Shown here one piece after another: positions 29,632 to 41,397 of a stretch of DNA of 64,000 nucleotides. The DNA comes from an uncultured Nitrososphaerales archaeon. GTDB taxonomy: Archaea; Thermoproteota; Nitrososphaeria; Nitrososphaerales; Gagatemarchaeaceae. The first letter of the stretch is position 1. Each line of letters opens with the position of its first letter. The stretch covers positions 1,632,001-1,696,000 of the forward strand of contig OY970160.1 of NCBI GenBank assembly GCA_963706445.1, in the 5' to 3' direction. The notes below the pieces were generated by a model. The model saw nothing but the letters and a program-made list of their open reading frames with translations, did no database searches and was not told where the DNA came from. Made by a program: the position numbers and the translations under genes.

Positions 29632-29743
29632 ATTTGCAGGATGTGCGTTTTAAGACCTGTCACTAACTGGTAAGGGAACGAGAATCAGCCCATCTTGACC
29701 ACTTGAATCTGATAACCTAATCGGTGGCGGCGTTCGGGTTGTT

Positions 29744-30898
29744 TCACCTTAATGCGAAGTTAAGACGGCTTTCATCTCGGTTGCTCTTTAGCTTGGCTAG
29801 ATTACCAAGATTCATTTCGCGAAGTGTTCCCTGAACGGCTTCGACGGTCCTCCGCGCTTGTTCCGAGTTGAGAATTCCCATGTGGCCGATTCTGATCAAC
29901 TTCGTGGAATAGTCCCCCAAGCCCCTTGCCACCTCGATCTTGTACTCTTCCCTTAGCCTCGCCTGCATCTCAGGCGCTTTCCCCTCCTCAACGAGAAAGC
30001 CAGTTAACGTGTTGGGCCTATATCCTTCTTCGGCGATGAACTGCATTCCCGTCTCCCTGATGCCGGTCCGGATTGAATCGGCGAGAGCCTTGTGCCTCTC
30101 CCATCTTCTTTCGACCCCTTCTTCTTTCAATTCGAGAAGTGCCTCTCGCAGAGCCAGAATGATTTGGACGGCAGGCGTCGCAAGGTACTTCCGCGGGTCA
30201 TCCATTATGGGCTTCCATCTCAGAAGATCGAGGTAGTATGACCCGATGGGGCCCACCCTACTTTCGCAGTATTCAAGCAGTTCTTTTGAGATTGCAATCA
30301 ACACTGCGCCTGGCGGCGCGGCAATTGCCTTCTGTGAAGCCGTGAAGACCACATCGGCTCCAAGCCTGTCGAAGTCGAGTTCCTCCCCCGCAAGCCCGCA
30401 CACCGAGTCTACGACGGCGAACACCCCTGCGTTCTTGCACTCCGCGACGAGTTCTCTGATGGGGTTGATTATCGCGCTGCCCGTGTCCACGTGGGTGATG
30501 AAAACAGCTTTGAATTTGTCCTCCCTCAGCTTCCTTCTAAGGTCGTCAGGATTGGCGTGGGTTCCTATGGGGTATTGGAGCGTAGAGACCTTGGCTCCGT
30601 GGGTCTCGTTGATTGTAGCCATCCTCTGCCCGAAGTAGCCAGTGTCGAGCACGATGGTCTTGTCGCCGGGCTGGACTGTGTTGACCACGGAGGCCTCCAT
30701 GGCCAGCGTTCCTGTCCCAGTGAACACGAACTGGCCACCCCCGTTGTTCTTGAAGGCATACCTTGCAAGGTTCAGCATCTCTGAGAACTTCTCCGTGAAC
30801 TTGGGGGATCCGTGCCCCTGCTGGGGTTGGGACATCACCTCCCTCACTCTTTCCGAGAGATTTGTGGGGCCAGGTATCATGAGAAGATTTTCTTCCAA
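29744..30898 (-). CDS. Class V PLP aminotransferase (serine-pyruvate/alanine-glyoxylate type)
   Basis: MIPGPT, GTGT.AME, VDSV, SQKA..APPG, RIGHMG. Confidence 0.92.
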   Translation of the reverse strand: MEENLLMIPGPTNLSERVREVMSQPQQGHGSPKFTEKFSEMLNLARYAFKNNGGGQFVFTGTGTLAMEASVVNTVQPGDKTIVLDTGYFGQRMATINETHGAKVSTLQYPIGTHANPDDLRRKLREDKFKAVFITHVDTGSAIINPIRELVAECKNAGVFAVVDSVCGLAGEELDFDRLGADVVFTASQKAIAAPPGAVLIAISKELLEYCESRVGPIGSYYLDLLRWKPIMDDPRKYLATPAVQIILALREALLELKEEGVERRWERHKALADSIRTGIRETGMQFIAEEGYRPNTLTGFLVEEGKAPEMQARLREEYKIEVARGLGDYSTKLIRIGHMGILNSEQARRTVEAVQGTLREMNLGNLAKLKSNRDESRLNFALR

Positions 30899-30996
30899 TG
30901 AACTTCGAGAGGCGATTCACCTGCCGTCGGAATAAATGCGTTGCGCCTAAAGCGACTGCGTTACTTGAGGGATAACACCTGTCGGGTGCGGTAGAG

Positions 30997-32318
30997 CTAC
31001 TGACTTCTCCCACCGGGAAGGTCTCCCGTTCTGCGCCTTTCAGGCCTTATTACAGACAGGATTATTTTCTGCAAGACATCAGGACCTATGGTACTCCTCC
31101 TCACTCTCCGGGTGAGTCTATTGATGATTTCGGTGTACTCATCGTCCGAGGCAGAGAGACCCATCTTCTCGATCATCGCGTCGACAGACCCGGACCTTCC
31201 TCGCCTTAACCTCCCTTCCGCCCATTCCAATCTGAACTCGCGGCCCATGACGTCAGGACGGATATTGTCCCAGGCGAACCAGATCCCCCGCAGGACACTT
31301 GTTAAGTGGCTGTCGAGTTGGTGTCTGTAGATGTTTGTTCCGACCACAGGTTTGTTCGGATGAACCTTGACTCCTGAGAACCGTTCGACCATCTTGGACG
31401 CCCCTCCGAGTTTGGTTATGTCGATCCCGCATTCCACATCGTATTGCACAGTCGAGCACAGTGGCCAGCTCCTCCAGGGCCGTAATACCAGCGTTGTGGC
31501 CAAGCCCGTTTATCGCGACATCGACAACCTCAGCGCCCGCTTTGATGCCCGCCGTGGCATTTGCCATCGACAGACCGAACTCGTTGTGGCAGTGAAGGGC
31601 GACCTTGGTCTGATGGCTGACATTGTCTCTGACAAGCCTTACGGCAAAATCGAATAGTTCGGGCGTCGCGTTCCCCGTCGGGTCTGCCACATAGACGCGA
31701 TCTATTTTCAGGCCTGACAGTTGCTGAAGTAATTGGACTAGAAGATCAAAGCGGACTCTCAACATGTCGACAAGGAGAAAGCCAACCTTGGCACCCCTCG
31801 AATTCGCGTAGTCGACGCATTCCGTAACTCTTGCCGGGACCTGCTCGCTTGTCAACCAAGGCGTCGTAGGCATCAACGACTGCGACATCCAGAATACAAA
31901 ATCAACTATGTCTACGCCAGCGTCAATGCTCCTGTCTATCTCGTCCCTCCATTCGTTACCCCGGGTGTAGCCCCGGTTAATGCGACCCCAGGGTTAGCTT
32001 GTAACCCCTCTTCTTGATGGATTTGGCAAATTCGTACTGTTCGTTTATGGCCCCTGCGTAGCCGACCTCGGTCTCGGTGACGCCTATTTCTTCCAGTTTG
32101 TCGAGGATTTTGAACTTGGCCGCCTTGGTGTAGAGCACGTCTGGAGTGTCCTCTCCCTCTCTGATTGTTTGGTCCATGAGGATGACTCGTTTGGGCAGGT
32201 CAAGCCGCGACCTGACCAGCGACCAAGAAGCGAGGTTACTCTGCCACCATTTCTTGCCAGGTCCCCAACGCATCTCCTTGTCGAGTTCCTCGTCTTCGAC
32301 CGGAGATGATCGTCGCAT
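30997..32318 (-). CDS. DRE-TIM acyl-CoA condensing enzyme (isopropylmalate/homocitrate/citramalate synthase family), split by 2 frameshifts
   Basis: DQTIREGED, EVG, ADPTGNATP, HCHNEFGL..AN, NGLG, NKPVVG across three ORFs. Confidence 0.8.
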
Positions 32319-32406
32319 TCTTCAGAGACTTCGACTTGAAGCCTTTGGTAGCTCATTTATCCTTTCTTGGCGTAAGTTCAGCCCGGCTGGAGAGGTGGAG
32401 AGAATT

Positions 32407-33313
32407 CTAGAGCTTCAGCATCCTAGTAGCGTTCCCTCCAATGATTCCGTCGATTTCGCTCTGACTGAAGGTCGGCCAGCCCGATCCCTGCGAGAGCCTG
32501 TTGAGGTCTGTCTTTAGCCAGTCGATGCTTCTCTTTACCGGCCTGCCGATGCCAGGCCCGTCGGTGCCGAACATGAGTCTGTCCATCACTTTGTACTCCT
32601 TCGCCATGACGAGTCCCCAGGTCAGCTGCGTAGGCCTGTTCTGGTACAAGGTCTCCGAAATGTCGGCGTAGATGTTCCGTGCCTTCCTGCATTAGGAGGC
32701 AGCATTCTGTCATCCAAGGGCTCCCAAAGTGTGCTATTCCCAGCTTAAGGTCTGGAAAGTCTGTTGCGACATTATCGAGCGGGAGAGGTGTGCCATACTT
32801 CAGATAGGCTTTAGGAAGGTTCTCGGGAGAAACGTGCGAAAGGATAGGGATCCCAAGCTCCAGGCATTTCTCGTAGAGCGGATACAGTGCTTTGTCATCA
32901 GGAGAATAGTTCCCGTACCAAGGATAGAGCTTGAGACCTTTGAAACCGTATTGGTTCACTGCCTTTTCGACGTCGACCAGCGCTTGTCTCTTGAACTTCC
33001 CCACCGAGTCAAGGGGCTCCACGGAAGAATAGCCCACGAGGAATTTGGGATACTCTTTCACGTATCCCCAGATGAATTCATCTGGAATCTTCGTGTCGAA
33101 TACCCTGGTGAGGTCGAACGCCATGACAATCGCCTTCTCGACTCCGGCGTCCTTCAGCTCCGTAATCCAGGCTTCCCTGGTTATGGGCATCCAGTGCTGG
33201 GTCGCCGCGGCATCGACGTCGCCAACTCGCTTTCGGTGGGAAAGCGCCTCCTTGAGATAATCCTTGGAGGCGTATTTTTCGTCCCAGACATGAGAATGTG
33301 CGTCGACTATCAA
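32407..33313 (-). CDS. Amidohydrolase_2 family metal-dependent hydrolase (frameshift ~32680)
   Basis: IVDAHSH, GLKLYP, PILSH, AHFG, LMFGTDGP. Confidence 0.87.
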
Positions 33314-33380
33314 TTTGACCTCAATTTCCTGCCCGACGCGCCCATTGATTTAAACGATGACAGTGAGAGAGTCCCTGTCG

Positions 33381-34192
33381 ATGGCGCGAAGAGTGCCAGC
33401 GAGGGATGATCAAGAGATACGGCGGTCGTCTGAGGTGAATAGATTCCATGGCAAGGTGGCGTTAGTCACTGGGAGTAGTAGAGGCATAGGAAGGGCCTGC
33501 GCAGTAGAGCTCGCCAGACAGGGAGCGAACGTTGCAGTGAACTACAGGGCAGATCAACATCAGGCAGAGAAGACCGTCAAGGAGATTGAAAGTCTTGACA
33601 GAGTCTACGGGCCCATCCAGGCAGACACGTCGAGCTCGTCTCAGGTGGCATTGATGGTGGAGGCAGTCGAGAGGGACTTCGGTGGCATAGACATCCTGGT
33701 CAACAATGCGGGGATGCTCAAGAGGACTCCTTTCCTGGAAATAAGCGAAAGCAAGGATCGGACGAGGTCCTAAATACGGACCTGAAAGGATACTTTTTGG
33801 TTGGACAGGCGGTGGCAAGAGTCATGGCTCGCCGGAGTGGAGGCGTCATCGTGAACATTTCTTCCAACGCCGAGGAAAAGCCGTCACAGAACCTCGCCCA
33901 TTACTCTGTAGCGAGAGCCGGAGTCGGCATGCTGACCAAGAGCATGGGCCTCGAGCTGGCACCCAATAAGATCAGGGTCGTCGCAGTGGCCCCCGGCCTC
34001 ATCGAGACTGACATAAACAGGAAGGACTTTTCGGACCCATCTTTCCTCAAACGGAGGCTAGATAGAATCCCATTGAAGGTCGTCGGCAAGCCCGAGGACG
34101 TTGCGAAGATGGTCGCGTTCGTCGCTTCAGACGAGGCCAGACTGGCGACGGGCCATACGATGTTCATAGACGCAGGTTCGAACATCTCGTAG
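33381..34192 (+). CDS. SDR family oxidoreductase (frameshift ~33755)
   Basis: VTGSSRGIG, NNAG, VNISS, YSVAR (YxxxK with K to R), PGLIET. Confidence 0.87.
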
Positions 34193-34327
34193 CGCAGATG
34201 AAACCCGAATCGGATGGCTGCGTCAGAGGGTGGATAGAAGCTAGCAATCTGGTTGCCGCTCCCTCCTAAAGGCGAAGACTTCTCTCATCACAGGCAGTTT
34301 AAAATCCATGAGAGGTCGGTCGTGCCC

Positions 34328-35497
34328 ATGGCAGCGAGAACTGAAGCGCAGAAAGATAGGAAGGAGTCGCAATCGAGCGGGCTGCAAGGCGAGCAGCTGC
34401 CAGCACAGCCATAACGCGCATCGATCCGGTCGAGGGTAGGGTCTACTTCAGGGGATACGAGATTGATGAGCTGGTCACGAAATCAAACTATGAAGAGGTG
34501 ATTTTCCTCCTTTGGCACGGCCGTCTCCCCACGAAAGATGAACTGGCTTCGTTCAGCCAAAGAATGGCCCAAAGTCGGGACCTGCCATCCCAGGTTCTCT
34601 CCATTCTCCGGGAACTTCCACCTGACTGCAATGCCATTGACGCTGTCAGCCTAGGAGTCTCCGCCTTGGGACTTTTTGACAGGAGGGGGAAGACCTTCGA
34701 GGACAACGCTGTTTCGATATCGGCCAAGATGGGGACCCTTGTGGCTGCTATCTCCAGGACAAAGCTAGGGGTAGCACCAATCCCGCCCAGAACGGACCTG
34801 AACTACGCCACTGACTTCCTGCGTATGTTGAAAGGGAAAGAGCCCAGCGAAGCGGATGCCAAGCTGATGGACGGGATGCTAATCCTCCATGCAGACCACG
34901 AAATGACAGTCTCGACCTTCGCTGCTCGCGTGGTTGCATCCACACTCGCGGACGTCTATTCCGCATTCGGGGCCGCCGTGGAGGCCTTCAAGGGACCCCT
35001 TCACGCAGGGGCCAGCGAAGCGGTGGTGGAGATGCTTGATGAAATAGGAGGCCCTATGGGCGTCGAGACCTATCTAGAAGCGAAGTTCGCGAGGAAGGAG
35101 AAGGTGATGGGCTTCGGTCATAGAATCTTCCGAGCGGGGAATCACATAACAGCAATAATGAGGGACTACAGCGAAAAGCTGGCGGCGACGGACTACGAAA
35201 AGAAGAGACTCGCCCATCCTAGTGAACGTGGAAAGACTGATGGTGGAGAAGAAGAAGATCTACCCGAACATGGACTATTACTCGGGCCTGCTCTTTCAGC
35301 ACTTGGGCATTCCAGGCTTCCTCTTCGTTCCTGTCTTCGCTGCGGGAAGGACCCCCGGAATCCTTGCGCATATCAATGAACAGCTCAGCGACAACCGGCT
35401 GATTAGGCCGAGTGCTGAGTACGTCGGATCAGGGGCGAGAGCTACGTCCCGATCAGTCAGAGGCAATCCACCGGGTAAGAACGCGACGAACCTTTGA
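34328..35497 (+). CDS. Citrate synthase / 2-methylcitrate synthase (2-3 frameshifts)
   Basis: GRVYFRGY, LHADHE, GPLHAGA, GFGHR, YPNMDYYSG, RLIRP. Confidence 0.85.
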
Positions 35498-35546
35498 AGG
35501 CGTGACCCATCCCCAAGGAGTTTTAAGCGCTCGACCAGCCCGCGAC

Positions 35547-36836
35547 ATGCAGACCGCTGCCCGCGCCCTGCATGTCGTAGACGAAAGTAGGAAGGATTTG
35601 CTGGAGGAGCTAGCCCGACTCGTCCGCATACCGAGCCAGTACGGGAGCGAGGAAGCCTGCCAAAGGACTGTAGCCGATAGAATGAGGAACCTGGGCCTTC
35701 AGGTTGACTCGTTCGTCGCCAATCTGAGGGAACTCAAGGCGCATCCCGACTACACTCCGGTCAGGACAATGGAGCTAGGGAGCAAAAACAGGCCCAACGT
35801 CTGCGGCCGCTGGAAAGGGTCTGGGGGAGGAAGGTCACTGGTGTTGGCCGCACACATCGACCACCTTCAGGTAGGCGACAGAAGTCTTTGGAGCGAGGAC
35901 CCCTTCGCCGCCGCCATAAGAGGGCGCAGAATGATTGGCAGAGGGGCTGCCAACGACAAGGGCGGCGTTGCGATGATGCTTGCTGCGATTAACGTTCTTG
36001 AGAAAGCCGGCGTCCATCTTAAAGGAGATCTGATCGCAATGAGTTCTCTGGGAGGAAGGGACTATGGGGAGGGGGACAATGGTGGACTCTTCGCGTGCGC
36101 CCTCAGAGGATACCGAGCAGACGCAGGGATCTACCTACATCCGCACGAAGGACAGGCGGGGTTGTCAAAGATCGTAGTGTCGAGCTTCGGAGCAGTCACC
36201 TTCGCCCTGAAGGTCAAAGGAAGGCGTCCCGCCGTATTCTATGAAGACTGGAAAGGGGTCAACGCAATAATGAAAGCCACTCAAGTCTTGGATGGGCTTG
36301 GGCAAGCTTGCGCGGGTCAGGGCTTGAAGCTAAACGCCGGACTAATCAGTGGAGGTGGCCGGTGGCAACAGGGGGGCGTCGACGAGGGAGGACCTTTGCT
36401 GACGCCAGAAGAATGTCTAGTCGAATGCAGGATGTCGTTCGACCCGAGGCACACACTGGCGAAGGTTAGAAGCTGGATCCCGAAGGCGGTGGGAAAATTG
36501 GCGTCTGTTGACCCGTGGCTGAGGACGCACCCCCCAGAGACAAAGTTCAAGCACTTCCAGTGCGAATCATCAGCGGTTGACACGAACCACCCCATCGTCC
36601 ATGTGGTTTCTGATGCCATCACCTCGATAACACGTGTGAAGCCGGCCATCGAGCACTCTGAATCGCCTAGTGACATTCGCTTCTTCACCAGGTACGCGAA
36701 CACTCCCATGATCAAATATGGTCCACTGGGCGGGGGCGGAGATCAACCGAACGAGTGGATAAACGTCAAGGAGTATCTCGACTCGGTGAAGGCGACATGC
36801 CTTTCGATAATGAATTGGTGCGGGTTGAGCGAGTAG
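35547..36836 (+). CDS. M20 ArgE/DapE-like hydrolase (atypical ligands)
   Basis: LAAHID, GRGAANDKGG, GVNAI, YGP...NE; EE is present only in a shifted frame (~36052); terminal His replaced by Asp. Confidence 0.8.
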   Translation: MQTAARALHVVDESRKDLLEELARLVRIPSQYGSEEACQRTVADRMRNLGLQVDSFVANLRELKAHPDYTPVRTMELGSKNRPNVCGRWKGSGGGRSLVLAAHIDHLQVGDRSLWSEDPFAAAIRGRRMIGRGAANDKGGVAMMLAAINVLEKAGVHLKGDLIAMSSLGGRDYGEGDNGGLFACALRGYRADAGIYLHPHEGQAGLSKIVVSSFGAVTFALKVKGRRPAVFYEDWKGVNAIMKATQVLDGLGQACAGQGLKLNAGLISGGGRWQQGGVDEGGPLLTPEECLVECRMSFDPRHTLAKVRSWIPKAVGKLASVDPWLRTHPPETKFKHFQCESSAVDTNHPIVHVVSDAITSITRVKPAIEHSESPSDIRFFTRYANTPMIKYGPLGGGGDQPNEWINVKEYLDSVKATCLSIMNWCGLSE

Positions 36837-36935
36837 CAGATCCCAACGTGCCCATGCGAGCTGCTGGTCTCGATTCTTAGCAGGCTGTCTGGCGAGCGTG
36901 CAAACTTACAGTGCTTAATGGAGCGATGAGGACCA

Positions 36936-38084
36936 TTACTTCTTGATCCTGATTGCTTCGACAAGGTCGTCTACCGACTCTACCCCGAGCCCAGGCGACT
37001 GCGGTAGCTTGGCCTTTCCGTCTTTGATGACGACCCCGCCCTCTCATTGGATCCTCGGCAAACCAGTAGTGGCATTCGGCCGCAAGCGGATAGGGTTGCC
37101 TCACGATGGCGGCAAGATGCGTGATGGCCGCCTCCCCCAGCCTTGTGTAGAGCCCATCTATGGTCACCCCTATTCCCGCCGATTCAGCCATGTGAATCAG
37201 GTTGACTGCCTCGAACAAACCGCCCACCCTTGCGAGCTTGATGACTATCCTGTCAGCGGCTTCTCGCTGGATGACTTGTAGCAGAGCTTGGGAGCCGGTT
37301 ATGGTTTCGTCGAGCACCAAGGGGATAGTCAACTCCCGCGCTATCCGACTGAGGCCGCTGATGTCCCAGTAAGAGATAGGCTGTTCTATTGCAATAGGTT
37401 GCCGTACTTCTCGAACCCTCTCAGCAGAGAGATGACCCTGTCGGCGTTCCTCCAGCCCTGGTTCGCATCGGCGTCCACGGGGATGGTGTCCGGAATCGAG
37501 CTCAGCACCTGCTCCAGCTTCGCCATTTCTACTTTCGCAGTCTCTAGGGTCGAACCTCGAGACTCGATTTCCAAGGCGATCTTGACCTTCAAACCACCGT
37601 AGCCGCGTTTGACATAGTCAACTGCAGATTTCGCCATATCATCCGGAGCAGTGAGGTACAATTCGCCTTTGAGGTCGAAGGTGTCCCTTAGTTCGCCGCC
37701 TAGCAGTTTGTATACGGGCACGCCGTAGGATTTTGCAGACAGATCGTACAGAGCCATGTCGACTGCGCTCCTAGCTGACTCGGACGCCGGCCCACCACGG
37801 CCCACGTGGGTTGTCATCAGATTGTGGGCTTTGACGATGTTTGTGGGGTCCTCTCCCTTGAGAAGACCTTCGTAGAGCTTCAAAAGGCTAAGGTCATGTT
37901 CGAGCGTGTTGCCGGTATACCAAGGCATTACGTGAGATTCGCCGTAACCGACAAGGCCGTTCGAGGTATGGACCTTAATCAGCACCTCCTGAATTCCCGC
38001 CGGCCAAAAGAAGTAGTTCTTCCCCCAACCCTCTTTTGAGGAACTCAGAGCTATTGGAATTGTTTCGATTTCAGTGATTCGCAA
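36936..38084 (-). CDS. Enolase superfamily, MLE subgroup (HpbD/dipeptide epimerase-like), 2 frameshifts
   Basis: GYGE, DMALYDL..K....PVY.LLGG, KVK, DANQGW, EQP, LDE, IKLARVGG, PGLGVE. Confidence 0.85.
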
Positions 38085-38190
38085 ATTGTATAGATTTTCT
38101 CGCCTGGTTCTTTTAAGGTTGCTGAGTTTTCCCATCCAAACGTCAATGCTTTAATCACTATGGCTGACGCTGTTCGGTCATTGGGATCTG

Positions 38191-39387
38191 ATTGACAAAC
38201 TTCCTCTTGACGGAATATTCATCACTGATCTTACCGGTATGGTCGCCGGCCCGGCAGCCGCGACGATCCTCAAACTTGGGGCGGAGGTGGTGAAGGTCGA
38301 GAATCCAGCAGAAGGCGATTACATGAGGGAGAGCATGCGACCACTCCTCTTGGGACCTACTAGCTATTTCTTCTATAATTTCAACCGGAACAAGCGTAGC
38401 CTCACTCTCGACCTGAAGAATGGAAAGGCGAAGGAGATAATCGCAAAGCTGGTCGAGAAATCAGATGTCTTCATCGAAAGCTTCAGACCCGGGGTCACCG
38501 ACCGACTGGGAGTCGGATTCGAAGACGTCAAGAAGATGAACCCCCGGATAGTGTACTGTTCTGTGTCCGCTTACGGACAATACGGGCCGTTCAGCGACAG
38601 GCCGGGGTACGACCCTATCATGCAAGCTGAATCTGGCATAATGTCAGTCGTTGGCAGCCCCGGAAGCCCTCCTTGCCTCGGTCCACCTGGAATGGTCGAC
38701 AACATCACGGGCATCTGGGGGGCACTGGCCATCCTGGCCGCTCTGCGCGAGAGAGATGAGACGGGTCAGGCGCAGAGGGTCGACATCGCTCTGTTCGACG
38801 TCGCATTGTATCTGCTGTTCCCCTACGCGATACCTGAGTATTTCGGCGAAGGCAAGGACGTGCTCCCCAGAGGCTCCGGGCACCCGTTTCTCATTCCATA
38901 CGAAGCTCATAAGACAAAAGACGGCAAACTGCTCATGGTCGCTGCCCTTTCCGAGAAGCTGTGGACTACCCTCTGCGCCACTCTCGGATTAGAGAGCATG
39001 GCAAAGAACCCGGACTTCGTAGACAATGCCTCCAGGATGAAGAACAGGACCCGGCTGCTTGAAGCTCTGGATAGGAAATTCGAGCAGAGAAATCTGGAAG
39101 AGTGGCTGAAGGTATTGAACGACGCCAAGGTGCCATGCGCGCCCATCAACTCGACCTCTGGGGCGATACATCATCCGCAGACGGCAGTTCGGAGAATGCT
39201 CATGGATATCGAAGATCCCAGAATCGGGAAAGTGAAGCTGATGGGGAGCCCCATCAAGATCAATGGAAATGGTACGGCGGTTAGACGCCGGGCTCCCGAG
39301 CTTGGCGAGCACACTTTCGAGTTACTGAAGACTCTAGGGTACAGCGACGACGACTGCGAAAGGTTACAAAAGGAAGGCGTGGTCTAG
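38191..39387 (+). CDS. CaiB/BaiF family III CoA-transferase
   Basis: PLDGIFITDL..VAGP, NRNKRSLTLDLK, ESFRPG, GYD...QA.SG, catalytic Asp (MVD), APELGEHT; homology starts upstream of the ATG at 38239. Confidence 0.92.
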   Translation: MDKLPLDGIFITDLTGMVAGPAAATILKLGAEVVKVENPAEGDYMRESMRPLLLGPTSYFFYNFNRNKRSLTLDLKNGKAKEIIAKLVEKSDVFIESFRPGVTDRLGVGFEDVKKMNPRIVYCSVSAYGQYGPFSDRPGYDPIMQAESGIMSVVGSPGSPPCLGPPGMVDNITGIWGALAILAALRERDETGQAQRVDIALFDVALYLLFPYAIPEYFGEGKDVLPRGSGHPFLIPYEAHKTKDGKLLMVAALSEKLWTTLCATLGLESMAKNPDFVDNASRMKNRTRLLEALDRKFEQRNLEEWLKVLNDAKVPCAPINSTSGAIHHPQTAVRRMLMDIEDPRIGKVKLMGSPIKINGNGTAVRRRAPELGEHTFELLKTLGYSDDDCERLQKEGVV

Positions 39388-39589
39388 TTCGTATCCTGCG
39401 CTTCAACCGCACCCCCCCTTCGCACCCGCGCAACGCGATCAAGTGAAGTAGCATGAGGACAGGCTGCAGCATGTTCGGCGGATCAGGGTTACGGAACGGA
39501 ATAGCTCAGAATCTGATTAGGGGAGGTAGGGAGTCCAGCCCTCAAGGCAGGGCAAGAATCAACTGCTCAAGCCAGCAGGCAAGACCCCA

Positions 39590-40768
39590 GTGAAAATTGC
39601 GTTCTCTCCCGCCCACTCCATCGTCTTTCTAGCAGGAGCGGCCTATGGAAGCATAATCTCGATACTACCTTTGTATGCACAGGCGCTGGGAGCATCTTTT
39701 TTCATAGTGTCGTCAATCACTGCTTCATCCGGCTTCGTCAGAATGATTGCCGGCCCCTACTTCGGCCACATTTCCGACAGGTTCGGCACCAAACGCATTT
39801 TTGCTTTGGTCCTTGTCTGCCTCACAGCCGCTCCATTGCTTTTTGCTGTGACCTCGAACCCCATCGTAATCGCCTTCGAGTCTTCCCTGCTCGGCGTGTC
39901 CCTGACCGTATACATGGTCGCCGCAATCTACGTGGCCCACACGTCGAAACCCGAGACAATAGACGTGGAGATGGGCGTGAACATGATGAGCCAAGGGGCT
40001 GGTTTCGCCATCGGCCCTGTACTTGGGGGAAATGTCGCGCAGGCCCTCGGGTTCCAGAGCGCCTATCTCATAGCGTCGTCCATTTCCGGGATCGCACTGC
40101 TTGTAGCCATTTTCAGATTGCAGGAGCCGAAGCGGGAACCCAGACCTGCGAATGGGCATTTGCTCATCAAGCTAAGGAGAGGGTTCATGGACCGCAGGGT
40201 CCTCGCAATCGGAATCCTCGCAGCAATCATGTCGTTCACCTTCAACGTGTCTTACACGTTCTTTCCGCTGCGGGGAAAATCGATTGGCCTGACAGAATCC
40301 GAAATCGGAACGATCCTTGGGGTCAGAGGTGTGGCCTCGACACTTGTCAGAGTTCCGGCGGGCCGATTGTCGCTTGGATTGGGAAGGCTAAGGTTGCTTG
40401 CCCTGTGTGTTGTTTCCGCGGCAATAGCCGATGGCATATTGTCTTTCGCCGTGGGATTCGCGGTCGCCCTCACAGCGGTCACACTGGAAGGGGTTGGGTA
40501 CGGAATTTATCTCACCGTCTCCCGCGCACTCATTGGCGCCTCGGTTTCCCAGTCAGACGTCGGAGTCGGCATGGGGATTTTGGAGGTCTTTACGGGAATT
40601 GGCCAGACAGTACTAATCTTGGCCCTGGGAGTCGTGTCTGAATCCTTCGGCCTTGGCTTCGCCTACGTGGTGGCGTCGGCCACGATTCTTCTCGGAGGCT
40701 TGGCCCCCCTCGTTGCCTTGGAGTGGTTAGCCCCTAGGCCAAACCGTAGTTTATGCGGCGCCGAATAA
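39590..40768 (+). CDS. MFS transporter
   Basis: GHISDRFGTKR motif A, 12 hydrophobic segments. Confidence 0.88.
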   Translation: MKIAFSPAHSIVFLAGAAYGSIISILPLYAQALGASFFIVSSITASSGFVRMIAGPYFGHISDRFGTKRIFALVLVCLTAAPLLFAVTSNPIVIAFESSLLGVSLTVYMVAAIYVAHTSKPETIDVEMGVNMMSQGAGFAIGPVLGGNVAQALGFQSAYLIASSISGIALLVAIFRLQEPKREPRPANGHLLIKLRRGFMDRRVLAIGILAAIMSFTFNVSYTFFPLRGKSIGLTESEIGTILGVRGVASTLVRVPAGRLSLGLGRLRLLALCVVSAAIADGILSFAVGFAVALTAVTLEGVGYGIYLTVSRALIGASVSQSDVGVGMGILEVFTGIGQTVLILALGVVSESFGLGFAYVVASATILLGGLAPLVALEWLAPRPNRSLCGAE

Positions 40769-40814
40769 CTGAGATATGGGCGGGATGAGTATCTGGTTTC
40801 GAGACTGGAAGCGG

Positions 40815-41246
40815 TTACTTCTTGCTGAAACTTACCTTCTCGGTGCCCTTCATCAGGACGCGCCGGCAGACTGTGTTAAGCTCGTCCAGGTTGTCATGTA
40901 TCTTGGCGAATACATTGACAGGTTGGTATGCGTTGACCGTAAGACCCCTTGAAACGAAAATGCCGTATGAAATGTAGATTTCATCTGGGATCAGTCTAGG
41001 CGGATCCCTCACTAGGAACGAAAGAGTCCCAGGCTCTATTCCCATGACCATTTGGTTTTCAGGTTCGACTGTCAGATCAGGTGGCAGAGTGACGATGGCA
41101 CGCCCAGAAACTATGCTGTGGTAGAACTCGTACTCGAAAGGGAGCCTGTTCCATATTGCGCCGGTTGTCTTGGGAGCCTCTTTCTCGAGCAGCTCGGCCG
41201 AGAAAACGCCGCCCTTCTGGAACCCAATTTGAATCGCTCTTGGCAT
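40815..41246 (-). CDS. DUF3830 family cyclophilin-like protein
   Basis: AELLEKEAPKT...LP...H...SG...EN...PG...EIYISYG...NVFA pattern. Confidence 0.75.
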   Translation of the reverse strand: MPRAIQIGFQKGGVFSAELLEKEAPKTTGAIWNRLPFEYEFYHSIVSGRAIVTLPPDLTVEPENQMVMGIEPGTLSFLVRDPPRLIPDEIYISYGIFVSRGLTVNAYQPVNVFAKIHDNLDELNTVCRRVLMKGTEKVSFSKK

Positions 41247-41397
41247 AGTTAGTCCATCTTGGTGTCGTCGGAAGATTGTATTTGTGGATTGCGATGGTGT
41301 ATTCAATGCGCCCACGAATCACCCGGCACCATCATCGCTGTGGTTTGCTCGAATCAAGTAAAGTGTGGCATTCAGACGCCCCAATTGTCGTCTGAGC

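Noticed and set aside
24364-35497. Reverse TCA carbon fixation (citryl-CoA synthetase/lyase plus KOR)
   Set aside because: The citrate synthase homologue is full length rather than the short lyase type, no fumarate reductase is present, and the context is heterotrophic; it cannot be supported from this window
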